Assembly (NCBI RefSeq): GCF_018977255.1
Contig: NW_024704746.1
Span: forward strand, 1-52,909
Length of the DNA stretch: 52,909 nucleotides
Source: Callorhinchus milii
Lineage: Eukaryota
Direction: 5' to 3'
The number at the start of each line of letters is the position of its first letter. The first letter of the stretch is position 1. This document shows positions 20,980 to 33,509 of this stretch, piece by piece. Both the position numbers and the translations under genes were made by a program. Under the pieces are notes generated by a model. The model did not search any database, was not told where the DNA came from, and saw only the letters and a program-made list of their open reading frames with translations.

Positions 20980-21510
20980 ATGATCAATGCATTCATCACA
21001 GGTTCAACTATGTAAACTACCTGTTTGACGGCTTCCCCAACTCTTCCCTCTTCAGGCTGCAGATTATTCAAAACTCTGCAGCCTGTGTATTCTCCTGCAC
21101 CAGGCTGCGTGACCCCATCCTTGCCTGGCTCCACTGGTTCCCCATTACTCAAGATGCTGGTCCTCAACTTCAAAGCCCTCCACAGTCTTGCTCCTCCCTG
21201 CCTCTGTGACCTCCTAACCCGTTACCAACCAGTCCCTCAACTCAGTGGGCTCCGGCCTGTTTCGCGTTCCCCACCTCGTCCGCCCCACCATTGGTGGGAG
21301 GGCTTCAGCCTGTCTGCCTCTGGAACTCCATCCCAGTCCCTCCACCTCACCCTCTTCCTTGCCTCCTTCAAGACCCGTCTCAAGACCCCTTCGGTCACCC
21401 TCCTTTCCCCCTGTCCTCCACCCCTCCTGATTCCAACCACCAGCTCGAAACTGTCCAGTGCCTTGGTACATGAAAGGCACTATACAAATTTAATTTGTTG
21501 TTATTGTTGT
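20980..21510 (+). mobile_element. L2 3' fragment
   Basis: cttcaaagccctccac...cctccttcaagacccgtctcaagaccc...tatacaaatttaatttgttgtt. Confidence 0.8.
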
Positions 21511-21699
21511 CCTGCTTATTTTGCTAATGTTCCTGAGTCTCAGCCCCCTTGCCACAGATTCTCCAAGTAGAGGAAAATATTTTTTCTTCTTTACTTCATC
21601 ATATCCATTCAAATTCTTAAAGGCTTCGATCATATCCCCACTCAATCGTCTCCAGATATTCTAAACAGCAATGCTTCGTTCAATGCATTCAAGTCTTCT

Positions 21700-21840
21700 G
21701 AGACGCTCCCTTCCCCTCCCTTCTTCCCCCCCTGACCCCCAGCTCGGGTCTGAAATGCTGTCACTGTCCAGCGCCTTGGCACATCCTCCCGATGTGAAAG
21801 GCGCTATACACATGTAATCTTGTTGTTGTTGTTGTTGTTG
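21700..21840 (+). mobile_element. L2 3' tail ending in (gtt)n
   Basis: ctgtccagcgccttggcacatcctcccgatgtgaaaggcgctatacacatgtaatct(tgt)n. Confidence 0.8.
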
Positions 21841-22792
21841 CATTCTTTGCTGTTGCCATTTTACCAGTTGCCATGATTCTGATTGACTGCAACCACCTAT
21901 TTGTTGAGAAGACGCACATCAACAACAACAACAAGATTCCATTTATAGAGCGCCTTTCACGTTGGGAGGACGTCCCATGTATGTAACAAAACGCTTTGCT
22001 TGGTGTGCATGACATCACAAATATTATCTTGGATTTGTGAACCAGCTATCTTCATGTTGCCAACAACTCTCATCCTTACTAATTATGCACTCAGCAGGAT
22101 GTTAAAGGAAGGCAGGTGGCTAGATAAGACATGAATCTTCTGATTTCAGTTTCAGTATTCTTTGGATGGGGTAAATTTACTTCATACTCTACCAGTCTCT
22201 CCTCAGCAGATGACAGAAGTTCCAGCTCATGATTTCAGCACCAAAGATGACCACAAGAGCAGTGTAACTGAGTTACACGCTGGAACCAGGGTGAAATTTG
22301 TTGTTGCTGATAATTTGATTCAGATGTTTAGCTATAATGAGGAAATAAGTCAATGCGGGCCAAAGGGAGACATGATTTTAATCTTTAATCATTGTTTCAT
22401 AAGTTATCAAGTGCCGTCATTTACTGTCTATGGAATCAACCCCATCACAATCTTTTAACAACAGTATCTTGGAGCATTTAACAGTGACAGAGCCTGTTGC
22501 TGAGCAGGGGGGAGGGAGAACCGATGAGCCGGATGGCCTCCTTCTGTGTTGTATAATTCTATAATTGTATGATTTCCATTTTTATTTCATTTGGAGTAAT
22601 TCAATATACACTCAGAAATATAATCGAGGCCACAAAACATCCTCTCCTCATGATCTGATTAACCTTGCATGGTATACAACTCAGTCCTTGATTTCTATTC
22701 ACTTGACCCCGCCAACTTCCCACACACACACACACCTACCTCGCAAAACATAGCCTTTCAGATGCTCATCTGAACCACTAGGTGGACCTTTA

Positions 22793-23114
22793 AATAATAA
22801 TAATAATAATCCTTGAATTTGATATAGCGTTTTTCACGTCTTCTTGATGTCTCAAAGCGCTTCACAGAATATACTATAAAGTGAATTGACTGTATATTTG
22901 TGGGCGAACGCGGCAGCCAATTGCGCACAGCAATGTCCCACAAACAGTCATGGATTGAAAATGACCAATTTATTATTGTTTTGTTTTGGAGGGATTATTA
23001 TTATGCTCTGTGTGGAGTAAGGAAACTTGCCCAAGGTTTCGCCCTCTGCCTGGAATTGAACCCAGGTGTTTCGCTTGCAAAGCGAGGGCTCTGACCACTG
23101 AGCTACAGGACTCC
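22793..23114 (-). mobile_element. tRNA-derived SINE, same family
   Basis: Full-length reverse copy ending in gagctacaggactcc. Confidence 0.92.
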
Positions 23115-24037
23115 ACTAAATGCAAGAGAGAAGTTTTCCACTTTATCTGTTAACTATTCCATTTTCAGTGTTCCCTTCAGGACTGTGAAAAATATTAAGG
23201 TCCTAAGTGCTAAGGTTATTTAGAAAATTTAAATATAATGTGAAAATTTCCTTTATTGCATATTGACCAATATTCTAATTTATTTTGCTTCTCTCCCAAA
23301 CTTGACACTTGTAGTTCACACATTTCCTAACGAAGCAGGAACATGTAACATACTCCCAGCTGTGTTATAAACTCAGCCGCTCGGTGCATTATGAGAGCTG
23401 CCAGGGTGATTAGATCATCCACGTGATGCCTCACATCAATGAACCTGCAGCATTAATCAGTCTTATGTTAACTTGGGAGCTCTTGTTAGAAAATGCAGAA
23501 CTGGGAATGGGAGAGGGAGATAGCATGGAATTATTCCTCATTTGTTGACTAATAGGATGTAAAAAAGGTTCACTCAGAGTGTGTGAAAAACACACTCATT
23601 AAGATTTAATATGTTCAATAATGCAAGCAAACTTTCCATTCTATGCTTATTAGAAGCGCTCTGGGATATGATTGTTTATGGGACATTATAGTGGCAATTT
23701 ACGTATTGCCCCCCAAAATAAGTCACCCCACTTTACAATACATCGTGTGAAGCCCTTTGAGATGTCTCAATGATATGATAAGGTGCTATATCGAATTCAA
23801 AGTTTATTATTATTACTCCATGTGAAGGGCACTATACAAACGCAAGTTGTTGTTGTTCTTATAGGTGTGTAACAAATATTGCAAGGCGATGGATTCTGTT
23901 TTGTGATATTTCTTAACAAATTTGAGTGGAGTTTATTTTCATAAAGGAAGATCAGCAAGGAACTGCTGAACGGATGTAGCTCCTGAAGATGAGTTTGAGC
24001 AAGAAAAGGGTTGGCAAATAAATTGATGACGCTTTTA

Positions 24038-24100
24038 GCATTCTCCTTATTCCTTACGATGCTCATCAATCATGAGCGTTGTAAGGAATAAGGAGAATGC
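24038..24100. repeat. 29-bp inverted repeat (hairpin) with a 5-nt loop
   Basis: gcattctccttattccttacgatgctcat-caatc-atgagcgttgtaaggaataaggagaatgc; 27 Watson-Crick pairs plus 2 G-T pairs. Confidence 0.92.
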
Positions 24101-24153
24101 AGCAGTGAGTGAGATGCCATAGCAATCTNNNNNNNNNNNNNNNNNNNNNNNNN

Positions 24154-24710
24154 GGGGGGGTGGGGGGGGGGGTGTGAGGGGGGTTGAGGGGGGGGGGGGT
24201 GAGGGGTGGAGGGGGGTGTGGAGGGGGGTAGGGGGTGTGGGGGTGTGAGGGGGTGTGAGGGGGTGTTAGTGGGTGTGAGGGGGTGTGAGGGGGGGGGGGG
24301 GGGTGGGGGTGTGAGGGGGTGTTGGGGGGGCTGAGGGGGGGGGGTGGGGGGGGTGAGGGGGGGGGGGGGGGGGGCTGAGGGGGGGGGCTGAGGGGGGTGG
24401 GGGGGGTGAGGGGGTGGGGGGTGTGAGGGGGGGTTGAGGGGGTGTGAGGGGGGTGAGGGGGGGTGAGGGGGGTGTGAGGGGTGTGGGGGGGGGGTGTGGG
24501 GGGTGTGAGGGGTGGGGGGTGTGAGGGGTGGGGGGGTGAGGGTGTGAGGGGGTGTGAGGGGTGGGGGGTTGGGGGTGTGGGGGGTGTGAGGGGGGGTGTG
24601 GGGGGGCTGAGGGGGGGCTGAGGGGGGGGGGGGGGGTGAGGGGGGTGGGGGGGTGAGGGGGGGGCTGAGGGGGGTGGGGGGGTGAGGGGGGGTGGGGGCT
24701 GAGGGGGGTA
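24154..24710. repeat. G-rich low-complexity array ((G)n-TGTGA/TGA/CTGA), next to a 25-N gap (24129-24153)
   Basis: Continuous G runs separated by tgtga/tga/ctga; homopolymer lengths are probably unreliable. Confidence 0.9.
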
Positions 24711-25400
24711 CAGGCCGCTGTGTACACTATGTACTGAGCGCTATGTCGGGGCTGTGCACTCACCGCGGCTCAGACTGACTGACAGACAGACTGACTGCCG
24801 GGAGGGGGTCACGTGTTAAACCTGCCGTAAAGGCGGCTTCTGTTTCCCTTTGCGACACCGTGACCAGCAAAAACAGCCCGACCCGACCCCCGGCCCCCGG
24901 ACCCCCGGCCCGGCCCGGCCTGACCCCCCGCCCCGCCCCGCCCCGCCCCGGCCTCACACACACCCGGGCGGGCCTGGCGGGCGGGGCCGGGGCTGCCGTC
25001 ACCCCCTCCCCCCGGGTCTCAGGTTGTTTTTATTTCCAGGGAGAGCTCCACGAGGCCTTAGCGGCCTCTCCCCCCCCCCGGCCCCGCCCCCGCCCCTCCC
25101 CCCGCCGCCGGGGCCACTGCACAGACAGCACAATGGCGGCCATGGACCGGGAGATGATTCTCGCTGATTTTCAGGTGCGATCTTTACCATTTAAAAGCCT
25201 TTCTGTGTGTCCTCCCCTCCGCCCCCTGTCCCTGCCCTCCTCGGGCCTCTTTTGCCCCGTGTCTCTCCCCCGCCATTGCCTCCTGTGTCGGGCGGCGGCG
25301 GCTCGGTGCGGTGCGGTGCGGCGCGGCGCGGCCCCGGGCCGCTCCTGTCATGTCCCCGGGTTTGTGTGACCGCAGTGATTCCCGGGGGTGTCGGGCTGTT
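24710..25400. promoter_or_regulatory. CpG-island promoter of FAF1
   Basis: Very high GC and CpG content, tandem GC boxes (ccccgccccg, about 24925-24950 and 25080-25100), E-box GTCACGTG at 24808-24815, and a YY1-like aatggcggc over the ATG. Confidence 0.85.
25133..25174 (+). CDS. FAF1: FAS-associated factor 1, coding exon 1
   Basis: MAAMDREMILADFQ followed by a GT donor (cag|gtgcga); matches the vertebrate FAF1 N-terminus MDREMILADFQ. Confidence 0.95.
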
Positions 25401-26089
25401 AAGGCTACTCGCTCATTCCTGCCATTTTACTGTGAGATGGTGTGAGTGTGAGGGCGGAGGGAGGGAGAGAGAGAGAAAGGTTGGAGTGGAGGAACACAAA
25501 TTATTTTTGTTTTGGTTCATAGGTTTGACTGGAATTTTCTCTATTGTCTCTCTCTCTCTCTCTCTCTCTCGCGGGTTTCAATAATAAAACCAACACCGCT
25601 CGTTTTTTTTAAAAAAGAAAGAAAACCCTCGACAGTCAACAGTTTATGAGTTGAAAGCAGCGGCTTAGTCATCATCACAGAGAAAAACACCGACAAAAGT
25701 CATCCACAGACTGGGAGTACAGTTCATCTGTGGATGATGACACATTACCTCTTATAATCTCTGTGCCCCTCTCTCTTCCCCCCCACCCGCCGCTGATCTG
25801 AGAGCAAGAAATTCGCTTTCAGCAATTTCTTGGTTTTAGTTTCTTGTACAGTAAACAGTTCTACAAATATTGTGGTTTGATCGTTGCTCAGTTTTGGCAT
25901 GTAAACAATCCAATCAATACAGACTCCTAAATTTCAATCCCTGATTTATCAGTTGTGGAAAATCACTGCACCAGTTGCCCCACATTGATGGATTTGAATC
26001 ATTGTCCGATAGCATTTGAGGAACATACTTTATTCTGTGATGAACTTGTTGTTTCATATTTTTAATTCATCACCATTTTGTTGGTCAGT

Positions 26090-26630
26090 CGGGTGTCTGA
26101 CACGTGCGGAAACCCATCACATGTTTAAGAGTATCCAAACCAAGCTAAGATTTTTATGGATCCCACCAACACATGGAAATCCCAGAGTTAGATTGTTGGA
26201 ATGGAATGCACTCTCTCTGGAGGAACACATTCTGTATACCTAATTCCAGAGAGTATTAGGCACAGGTTGGCAAGAACTAAGGCTTGGGGACCCCAGAGTG
26301 TGCATTGGGGTAACTGCTGGAGTTTAATTAGCTAAAACCAGATAGCTTGGCATTGATATTGCTGTCCAACAAACTTTCCCGCTGCTTGTCCAGATAGGCC
26401 ACCCCACCGTTCGGGCTTTGGCTTGCAGGGTTAACGGGAGTTGAGTGTGATGACTCCCTCCCCCCAGTGACTGGTCTGCCCTTCCAGGAACTGCTGATGA
26501 GCCAGGCTGTGCAGTCATCAGCAGTGCCCTAGAGTACTCCGAACTTGCCTAACTCAGGAACCGAACTAGAGACCATCATACTAGGGCTGGCTCGATTCTG
26601 ACATTCCATTGCCAGGCATGTCACCTCTTG
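26090..26630. mobile_element. Old unclassified interspersed repeat, copy 1
   Basis: Shares blocks ttaagagtatccaaaccaa, catggaaat, ggggtaactgctggagt, ctttccc.ctgc.tgtccag and gggctttggct with 31190-31680 and, reversed, with 33510-34060 and 51700-52050. Confidence 0.7.
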
Positions 26631-27194
26631 CTTACTGCTACGCTAGTACATAATCCTGATGTTACATTACAGAGTTCAAAAATCTCCAGATCCAACCCAT
26701 GATTCAAAGGAGAAAATCTACAACTAGCAGTACTGAATTCAATCTTCAAATAGAAGTGGTCTTTAGTTTTACCTGACCATTGTTACATTTTACTAAATTT
26801 CTAGTGGTAACACTGAGGTATAGTACAATGTTTATATTAGTGCTGTATGTTGTAATTTCCATGTTTGTGTTTACAAAATATTATTTTGTTTTGGGCTCTA
26901 TCCCTATGTTCTGCAGCCTTTAATGTAAATGTTTACAGTAAATTAGAAATACATTTTAGAAATGAAATCCTGTTTATTACAAATGACGATATATGTTCTT
27001 AATATAATTTTTATTGCTTTAACTGGGATTTTACAGTCCTAATGTCCATGGTGCTGCAATTTTAACTTTTGAGCATACCTGGAAGGTGGCAGTTTCTGGC
27101 AATGTAGTATTTTACCTTGCAGTAAGTAGGAACCTGGTTATTAGTCAATTGGCAGATCGCTTTTCCGTGGGTAACAAACCTTTCAAAAAAAAAA

Positions 27195-27368
27195 TAATAA
27201 TTTGGTCACTCAATCCAAGACTGTTTCTGGGACACTACTGTGCACAATTGGCTGCCGCGTTTTGCTCACAAAATTTACAGTCAATACACTTTGAAGTATA
27301 TTCTGAGAAGTGCTTTTAGATGTCTCGAAGACGTGATGAGGTGCTACATCAAATGTAAGTATTATTAG
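27195..27368 (+). mobile_element. SINE 3' half, diverged
   Basis: gggacactactgtgcacaattggctgccgcgtt...catcaaatgtaagtattatt. Confidence 0.75.
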
Positions 27369-28969
27369 TTCCTCTCTTCACTCCTAAAAATGCTACTGTA
27401 TGGTTCAAAGGATTTATATTTTCCGTTATCTTGCTTAATATCAATTCATATTTGTGCCCAATCTATCAGTGAGGACAGTGTGACATCACACTTGAGACTG
27501 ATGCCATTCTCACCTGTTGTCCACACAAAAGCAAGTTGTAGAAGGAGAGGCTGGACAGCAATCCAGAGAGGCAACCGCGGCTGATTGTTTTGCTTCTTAG
27601 CCACTGCTTCTAATCCCAGTTGTAACAACCTCCCAGGAGGAAAGTTGATGGGCCTCTGGGTCCTTTACTCTCCTTTCCATCGAGGTATCTATGTAAATTC
27701 TACCACCGTCGTCTGATAGCAATTAATTCAGCCCACATCAGGGATTTAACCTGAAACCCTCTGGCTCTGTGTGACTCAATGTGAAATCCCATTAAAAAAA
27801 ATGGTAAGTATATTAACATTTATTTGTGACATGCTGCATTTGGTCTATGGAAATATATTTCTGGTTTGATGTAAACATTTACATTTAACAATTGCATCAT
27901 TCATATTTAGAAACCATGACAAAGTAATATTTTGCATTGGGTGCTTCCTTATTGGGAGTGAACTTTATTAATTGAGCTTTCAATGGAGCTGAAAGCATTT
28001 TATTGTCAAAGCTCGACAGCTGGATTGAAAAGCATCTGTGTGACGGACCAGTTGTACCATAAGTGACCAATATTGCATGATTCTCCCCCAAATTATTCCA
28101 TGTATTCATTAAGAAATACTGTGAGTCAGTTTAGGTAATAGGATATTAATATATGTAATTAGCATATCTCTTAAGAATTTTAATTTTTCCTTGATTAGAA
28201 TTGTATTTATGTGAAGGAAGTGAGAGTGAAGAGGAAATTAATGTGGAAATGTTCAAGTTACATAGGAAAGGGTACTTCCAGTTGTATCCGTTTGTAATAT
28301 ACTGACGTAGACCAATGAGGGAGAGTATTTTGCTAGGCATCCTCTGTGGGAAGTTTGAATAAATATCTTTGACGAAAAAAGTAACCAGGTGCTTGCTCAG
28401 GTTGAAGGCTGATTTGCAAATCTTAGTTACTTTCTTGGGTGTCTTCCAGTTTGTGGAAGGTGCAGTATTGGTTACCTTCCAAGATGCGAACCAGCATCAA
28501 GGCTGGCGGTATAAAGAGATTTCAGGAGAACATTGGTCATAGTGATTTTGGTAAAAACTTGCATATCTGTCATTTTATTGCATATTTGGTCATGTGTTCT
28601 GCATTTTCATTCAGCTTGTAAATATCTTCATTCAAATACTAAAGTAGGTGGTTAGGTTTGTGAACTGAGAATAAATATAGAATAGTTCAAATATTTCACA
28701 GGGGCGGTCTGCGACGAGCATAGAAATAAACATGTACTTGTCCCACACTGTGTGTGGAATTTAAATTTTTGTGTTTGTATACATTCCATATCGTTAATGA
28801 GGTATATTCAATGTTAATTAGTTTTGGACGTGAGAAGCATTTGTTTCTTTGAATACAGACGCATCTCATAATCAATCATACAATCTTGGAATCTGACCGT
28901 AACTATTTAACTACCCTTGCTAGGTGTGCCTAATAGGCTAATAATTTCAAACGATTATAATTCTACATA

Positions 28970-29500
28970 CAATAACAACAGCAGCAAAATTACATTTGTA
29001 TAGCGTCTTTCATGTCGGGAGGACGTCCCAAGGCGCTGGACAGTTACGGACCTGAGCTGAGGGTCTGGGTGGGGGAGGGTGGAGGGCAGGGATGGAGATT
29101 CAGCGGGTGGGTGCAGAGTCGAACCTCGATGTAATAAAGGCGTGTATGAGGGTCTCGGGGGCCTGCGGTGTGAGACAGTGGCAGAGCCGGGTGAGGTTGC
29201 GGAGGTGGGGAAGGCAGAGCGGGTCATGGCACAGATGTGGGGTAGAAAGGATAGTTGAGGGTCCAAGGTTCCGGACTGGGTTAGTGAGGTGGAGTGTGCG
29301 GCCAGAGATGGTGATGCTGTCAGCGCCTGAGGTGAGGAGGTGCTGACGGGAGCCAATCAGGAACCTCGGTCTTGTTGATGTTCAACTGAAGAAAGTTCAC
29401 TCTCATCCAGGACTTGATGTCTGACAGACAGTCTGTCAGGACAGCAATGGTCCTGGAGTCAAGGGTGGAGGCAGAGGTAGAGTTGGGTGTCATCCGCAGT
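28970..29500 (-). mobile_element. L2 fragment with internal deletions and tail
   Basis: [25 protein letters not shown] on the - strand, with an L2 tail at about 28975-29045. Confidence 0.85.
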
Positions 29501-30199
29501 GGTCCTGGAGTCAAGGAATTAATCTGTCCATGTGCTGTGGTACCAAGGTTTCTTCAGAAACAAACTAAAAGGACACTACCACACTGACCATAAGGTTGCA
29601 GACTAGGATAAGGTCCTGAATTTATTGACATTCAACATGCTGTTGGCACAATATTTTACAGAATCAAAGTGAATGTCACAATAGGTATTTTGCCCGTTTA
29701 AAGCCACTCAGTCCATTTAAATCTGTTTTCAGATTTTAGGCTCAAAGTACCAAAGTAATGCTTTGTTTTTTTACACGTGACTTTTCACTTTCCAATTGAA
29801 CTTTGTGTTTCTGTGACTCTCTTCCTGCCCAGACTTGCCCTTCCAAACAGAATGCAAATAATGAGAAATGACATTTCAATGTTTTGATGAGCAGATTCTG
29901 ATCTATATAGGAAACATTTTTATAAAGACATTTGAGGTAAATTAATTTTATCTTTATTTTCACGTTTAATGAGGATGCCTTGTCAGACTAAGACTGTAGT
30001 TTTGTTTGTCTACTTGGCACATGTGCAAAGTCTTCATGTGCAGCAGTCTACAGGTATTCAATTCAAAACTGGCCTTGAAGAGCTGCTCTCCCAATTTGTT
30101 ATTGAACAGAATGTTAGTCTGTCAATGACCAGGCTGCTGCATTGGTTTAAAATGGTCGATGATTTAAAGGTAATCTACTCACTCCCCGTGTTTAAGAGT

Positions 30200-30862
30200 C
30201 ACCTCCACTCCCTCTAAACTAAAACCTGGACCCTTGAGCGCAGATGGCATAAAATCCAGCCTCACAATGCACCGCCAGCTGTGGCTCGAGGATCTCCGCA
30301 ACTATTGCCTCACCCTCTCGCAGCCCAAACTACCTTTTACTCCAAAACCATTTTGGAGGCCAAAAACAACCCAAAGGCACTGTTCTCCACCATCCACCAG
30401 CTCTTTCATGAACCCTCCCAACCTGCCTCCATCCTCCTCTTAACGCTGAATGCAAAGTGGTCCCAGACTGCTTTATATCAAAGATTGAAAACATCCGCTT
30501 GGCTGCATTCTCCTCCCCTACATCCCCTTCCCCATCCCCCAGACATCTACACCACCCACTTCTTCCGCCATGGCCCCTACCACTCCTCCCCATACACTCC
30601 TTTGTCCCGATAACTCCCACCTCCCTCTTGGCCACCATCTCTCAGATGAAGCCCACCATCTGCTGCCTTGACCCACTCCCCACCCAACTGCTGGTCACCC
30701 AACTCCCTCTCCTCTCTCCGTTCCTTTTCAGTCTTCAGGTCGTGCCTTCCTACTATGCCTGCGGTCACCTCCCAAGGCTTGGCATTGTGCACTGTCACTG
30801 TCAAGCTCTCTGGGATGCTACCCTGCATGAGGGGTGCTATATAAATGGAAGTTGTTGTTGTA
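30200..30862 (+). mobile_element. L2 ORF2 linker fragment joined to a 3' tail
   Basis: ILEAKNNPKALFSTI and MKPTICCLDPLPTQLL, homologous to 2756-3412. Confidence 0.8.
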
Positions 30863-31189
30863 ATTTTAAAGTATTATGCTGCCTCTGGAATTTGCCGAGT
30901 CTAAACTGCAATTGCTAATTATGATAATAATAATCCTTGCATTTGATATATGTAATCCTTATCACGTGTTTGAGCAGCTCAAAGAGCTTCACAGAATACA
31001 CTGTAAAGTGAATTGACTGAACATTGTGTGGGTGAAATTATCCAGTTCTTTGAGGCAAGGATTGGGGGTACATCCCATGACTTTTTTAAACATGTGTAAG
31101 AATGGCAATGCATTGTCACGTAGTGCAACATCTTCTTGCCTCCAATAATGGTTTGATTTTGGTAATCCGGGTGATAGATGCATGCAGAT

Positions 31190-31680
31190 AACATACTTAA
31201 GAGTATCCAAACCAAACTGAGAGTTTCATGCATCCCATCTATACATGGAAATTCCATAGATGTTTATTGGAACGGAATGCACACTCTCACCCTGGTCTAC
31301 TAATTCTGGAAAGTATTGGCGCAGTTAGCAAGCAGCAAGGCTTGGGGGCCGCAAATTATAGGTTGGGGTATTGCTGGAGTCTATAACCAGTTAAAACTGC
31401 GTAGCATGATATTAAAGACACTGCCTCGCAAGCTTTCCCACTGCCTGTCCAGCTAAGACCACCCTACCTATTAGGGCTTTGGCTCGCAGAGTTAATGGGA
31501 GCTGAGTGGGACAAGTCCCTGTCCTCAGTAACTGCCCGATAAGCTAGGCTGGCTGTACTGTCATCAGTAGTGCCCCGGAGAACTGCGGACCCACTTGACC
31601 CAGGAACTGACTGCTGAGACCGCTCACAGTGGTTGAGCTTGATTTCTGACATTCCACTGCCAAACATGTCATCTTGGAGC
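31190..31680. mobile_element. Old unclassified interspersed repeat, copy 2
   Basis: Collinear similarity with 26090-26630. Confidence 0.7.
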
Positions 31681-31954
31681 CAGTTCAGCTCCAAGGAGTC
31701 CCCGCTTACCTTCCCCATTAGTTGGTCATTTCACATCCAACAAGTGCGGGTTTGAGCCCTTACAAGGTGGATGTCGGGTATCACAAATTCACTGCTCAGC
31801 ATGAAATGTGAGTGAGCATTGAGCATCATCTTGTCCGTAGCTTGAACATGCACCCTTCCCACTGACAACAACAACTTGCGTTTATATAGCACCCCTCAGT
31901 AAGTAGAAATTGTTAGTCGATTGGTGGATTGCTTTTCTGGGGGTAATTATTCCT

Positions 31955-32135
31955 TCAAAAAAATTATAAATTGGTCACTCAATCCACGACTTTGTGGGAC
32001 GCTGCTGTGCACAATTGGCTGCTGCATTTCACCCACAAAGTATGCAGTCAATTCACTTCACAGTATATTCTGTAAGCGCTTTGAGACATCTCAAAGATGT
32101 GCTAAAGAGCTATATCAAACGCAAAGATTATTATT
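31955..32135 (+). mobile_element. SINE 3' half, diverged
   Basis: tttgtgggacgctgctgtgcacaattggctgc...gctatatcaaacgcaaagattattatt. Confidence 0.75.
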
Positions 32136-33509
32136 TGTTTTTTTTCTATAAAATGAAAGTTTTATGAGTTTAATGCAACGAGATGTTTTGATGGGTAGCT
32201 CACAATTGTGGTTGTCAATCACATACTGCTTCTTCCAATCAGGGATCAGTGCTAACAATATAGCATTTTAATTTTATTTTGATTTCTGTGGGTGGTTAAA
32301 GTAGGAACCTTTGTATTTCATCTTTGTTATGTGGGGAAATAACATATATTGCATGCAGATGTTTTTACTTTTAATTTGTGAGTTTGTTTAGTACAATCTT
32401 ATGCTCTCAGAGATTTCATACTGTGTTGCCCACCAGGAAGCTCGTAGAAAGATTCTGGTTCGTGCCACCCAATGAGGGCTCAAATTTGCGCCTGTCAGAT
32501 TTCAAATGACAACTGGTGTCTGTATTCCGTGGTGGGGGGGTGAAGCGTGGTGACCTTGGTGTCCTTGGCTCTGGCCCCTCCCAGTGGCTATCCTCACTAC
32601 CCTGCAGGAAGCCCACACAACTCGAGTGGATGACTTATTCACTTGAGCTGCTCCCTGACCTATAGTGCCTTTTTGGTCTAGTGCCTTGACCAATGACTAT
32701 TTATTTGGGAGTTTGGTAAGAGTTGGAGGTATTGCTGTGGGTGTAATCGCAGTGAAACCTAATCATGTACGTGCATATCCATGCAAATGTAATAATAATA
32801 ATAATTTTGGCATCTCATCACATTGAGATGTCTCAAAGCACTTCATGAAATAAACTTTAAAATGGATTGACTATATTTTGTGGGTGAAACGTGGCAACAA
32901 TTTGCACACAGCAGCGTCCCACAAAAGGTCATGGATGGAGTGACCAATTTTTTGGAATTGAATCCTTCCTGTCATGTATATTCAGACAATCAATGGATTG
33001 TGATCAGCAATGGGAATTCTGGTTCTTTTGCCAACGTTAGCCTGAGGAGTTTCACCATTTCTTACCTGAATTGCTAGAACACTTAACAGTGAAAAAACAT
33101 GTCCACTTCTATAAAAATTCTCCTCTTATCTGATTACTAAATTACTAAATTAATATGATCAATGGAATCTACAGGTTGATTCTTCTGCTATCTATTTGTG
33201 CCAGAAACAGATATATTCAAAAGGAACTATGCGAAAAAACAAAGTATGCCGGCTAACAAATTGAACAAGCAATTTGTTATTTCAGACAACTTTGTAAGTT
33301 TAATTAGTTATAATTTAAATTATTCAGGTAGCATGTAATACATTGTTGCATTCAGTGTTCTCATTCAAAGTGCAGTTGGGTATACACACTGCAACTTAAG
33401 ATCTATTTCTGTCTTTTTGCCAATAATGCCTCGTGACTAGTCTCCTGGGGTGGGGTGTGTGTGTGGGGGGGGGCAGGTGGAGGAGTCTCCTTGGAGCTGA
33501 AGTGGCTTC

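Noticed and set aside
22150-22300. Open frame with acceptor-like tttcag and donor-like ggtgaa, plus a small palindrome gtgtaactgagttacac
   Set aside because: There is no recognisable protein similarity or partner exons, so it could be chance.
24266-25584. Pro/Arg/Gly-rich ORFs around the CpG island
   Set aside because: They reflect low-complexity GC-rich composition; only the 14-codon FAF1 exon is supported.
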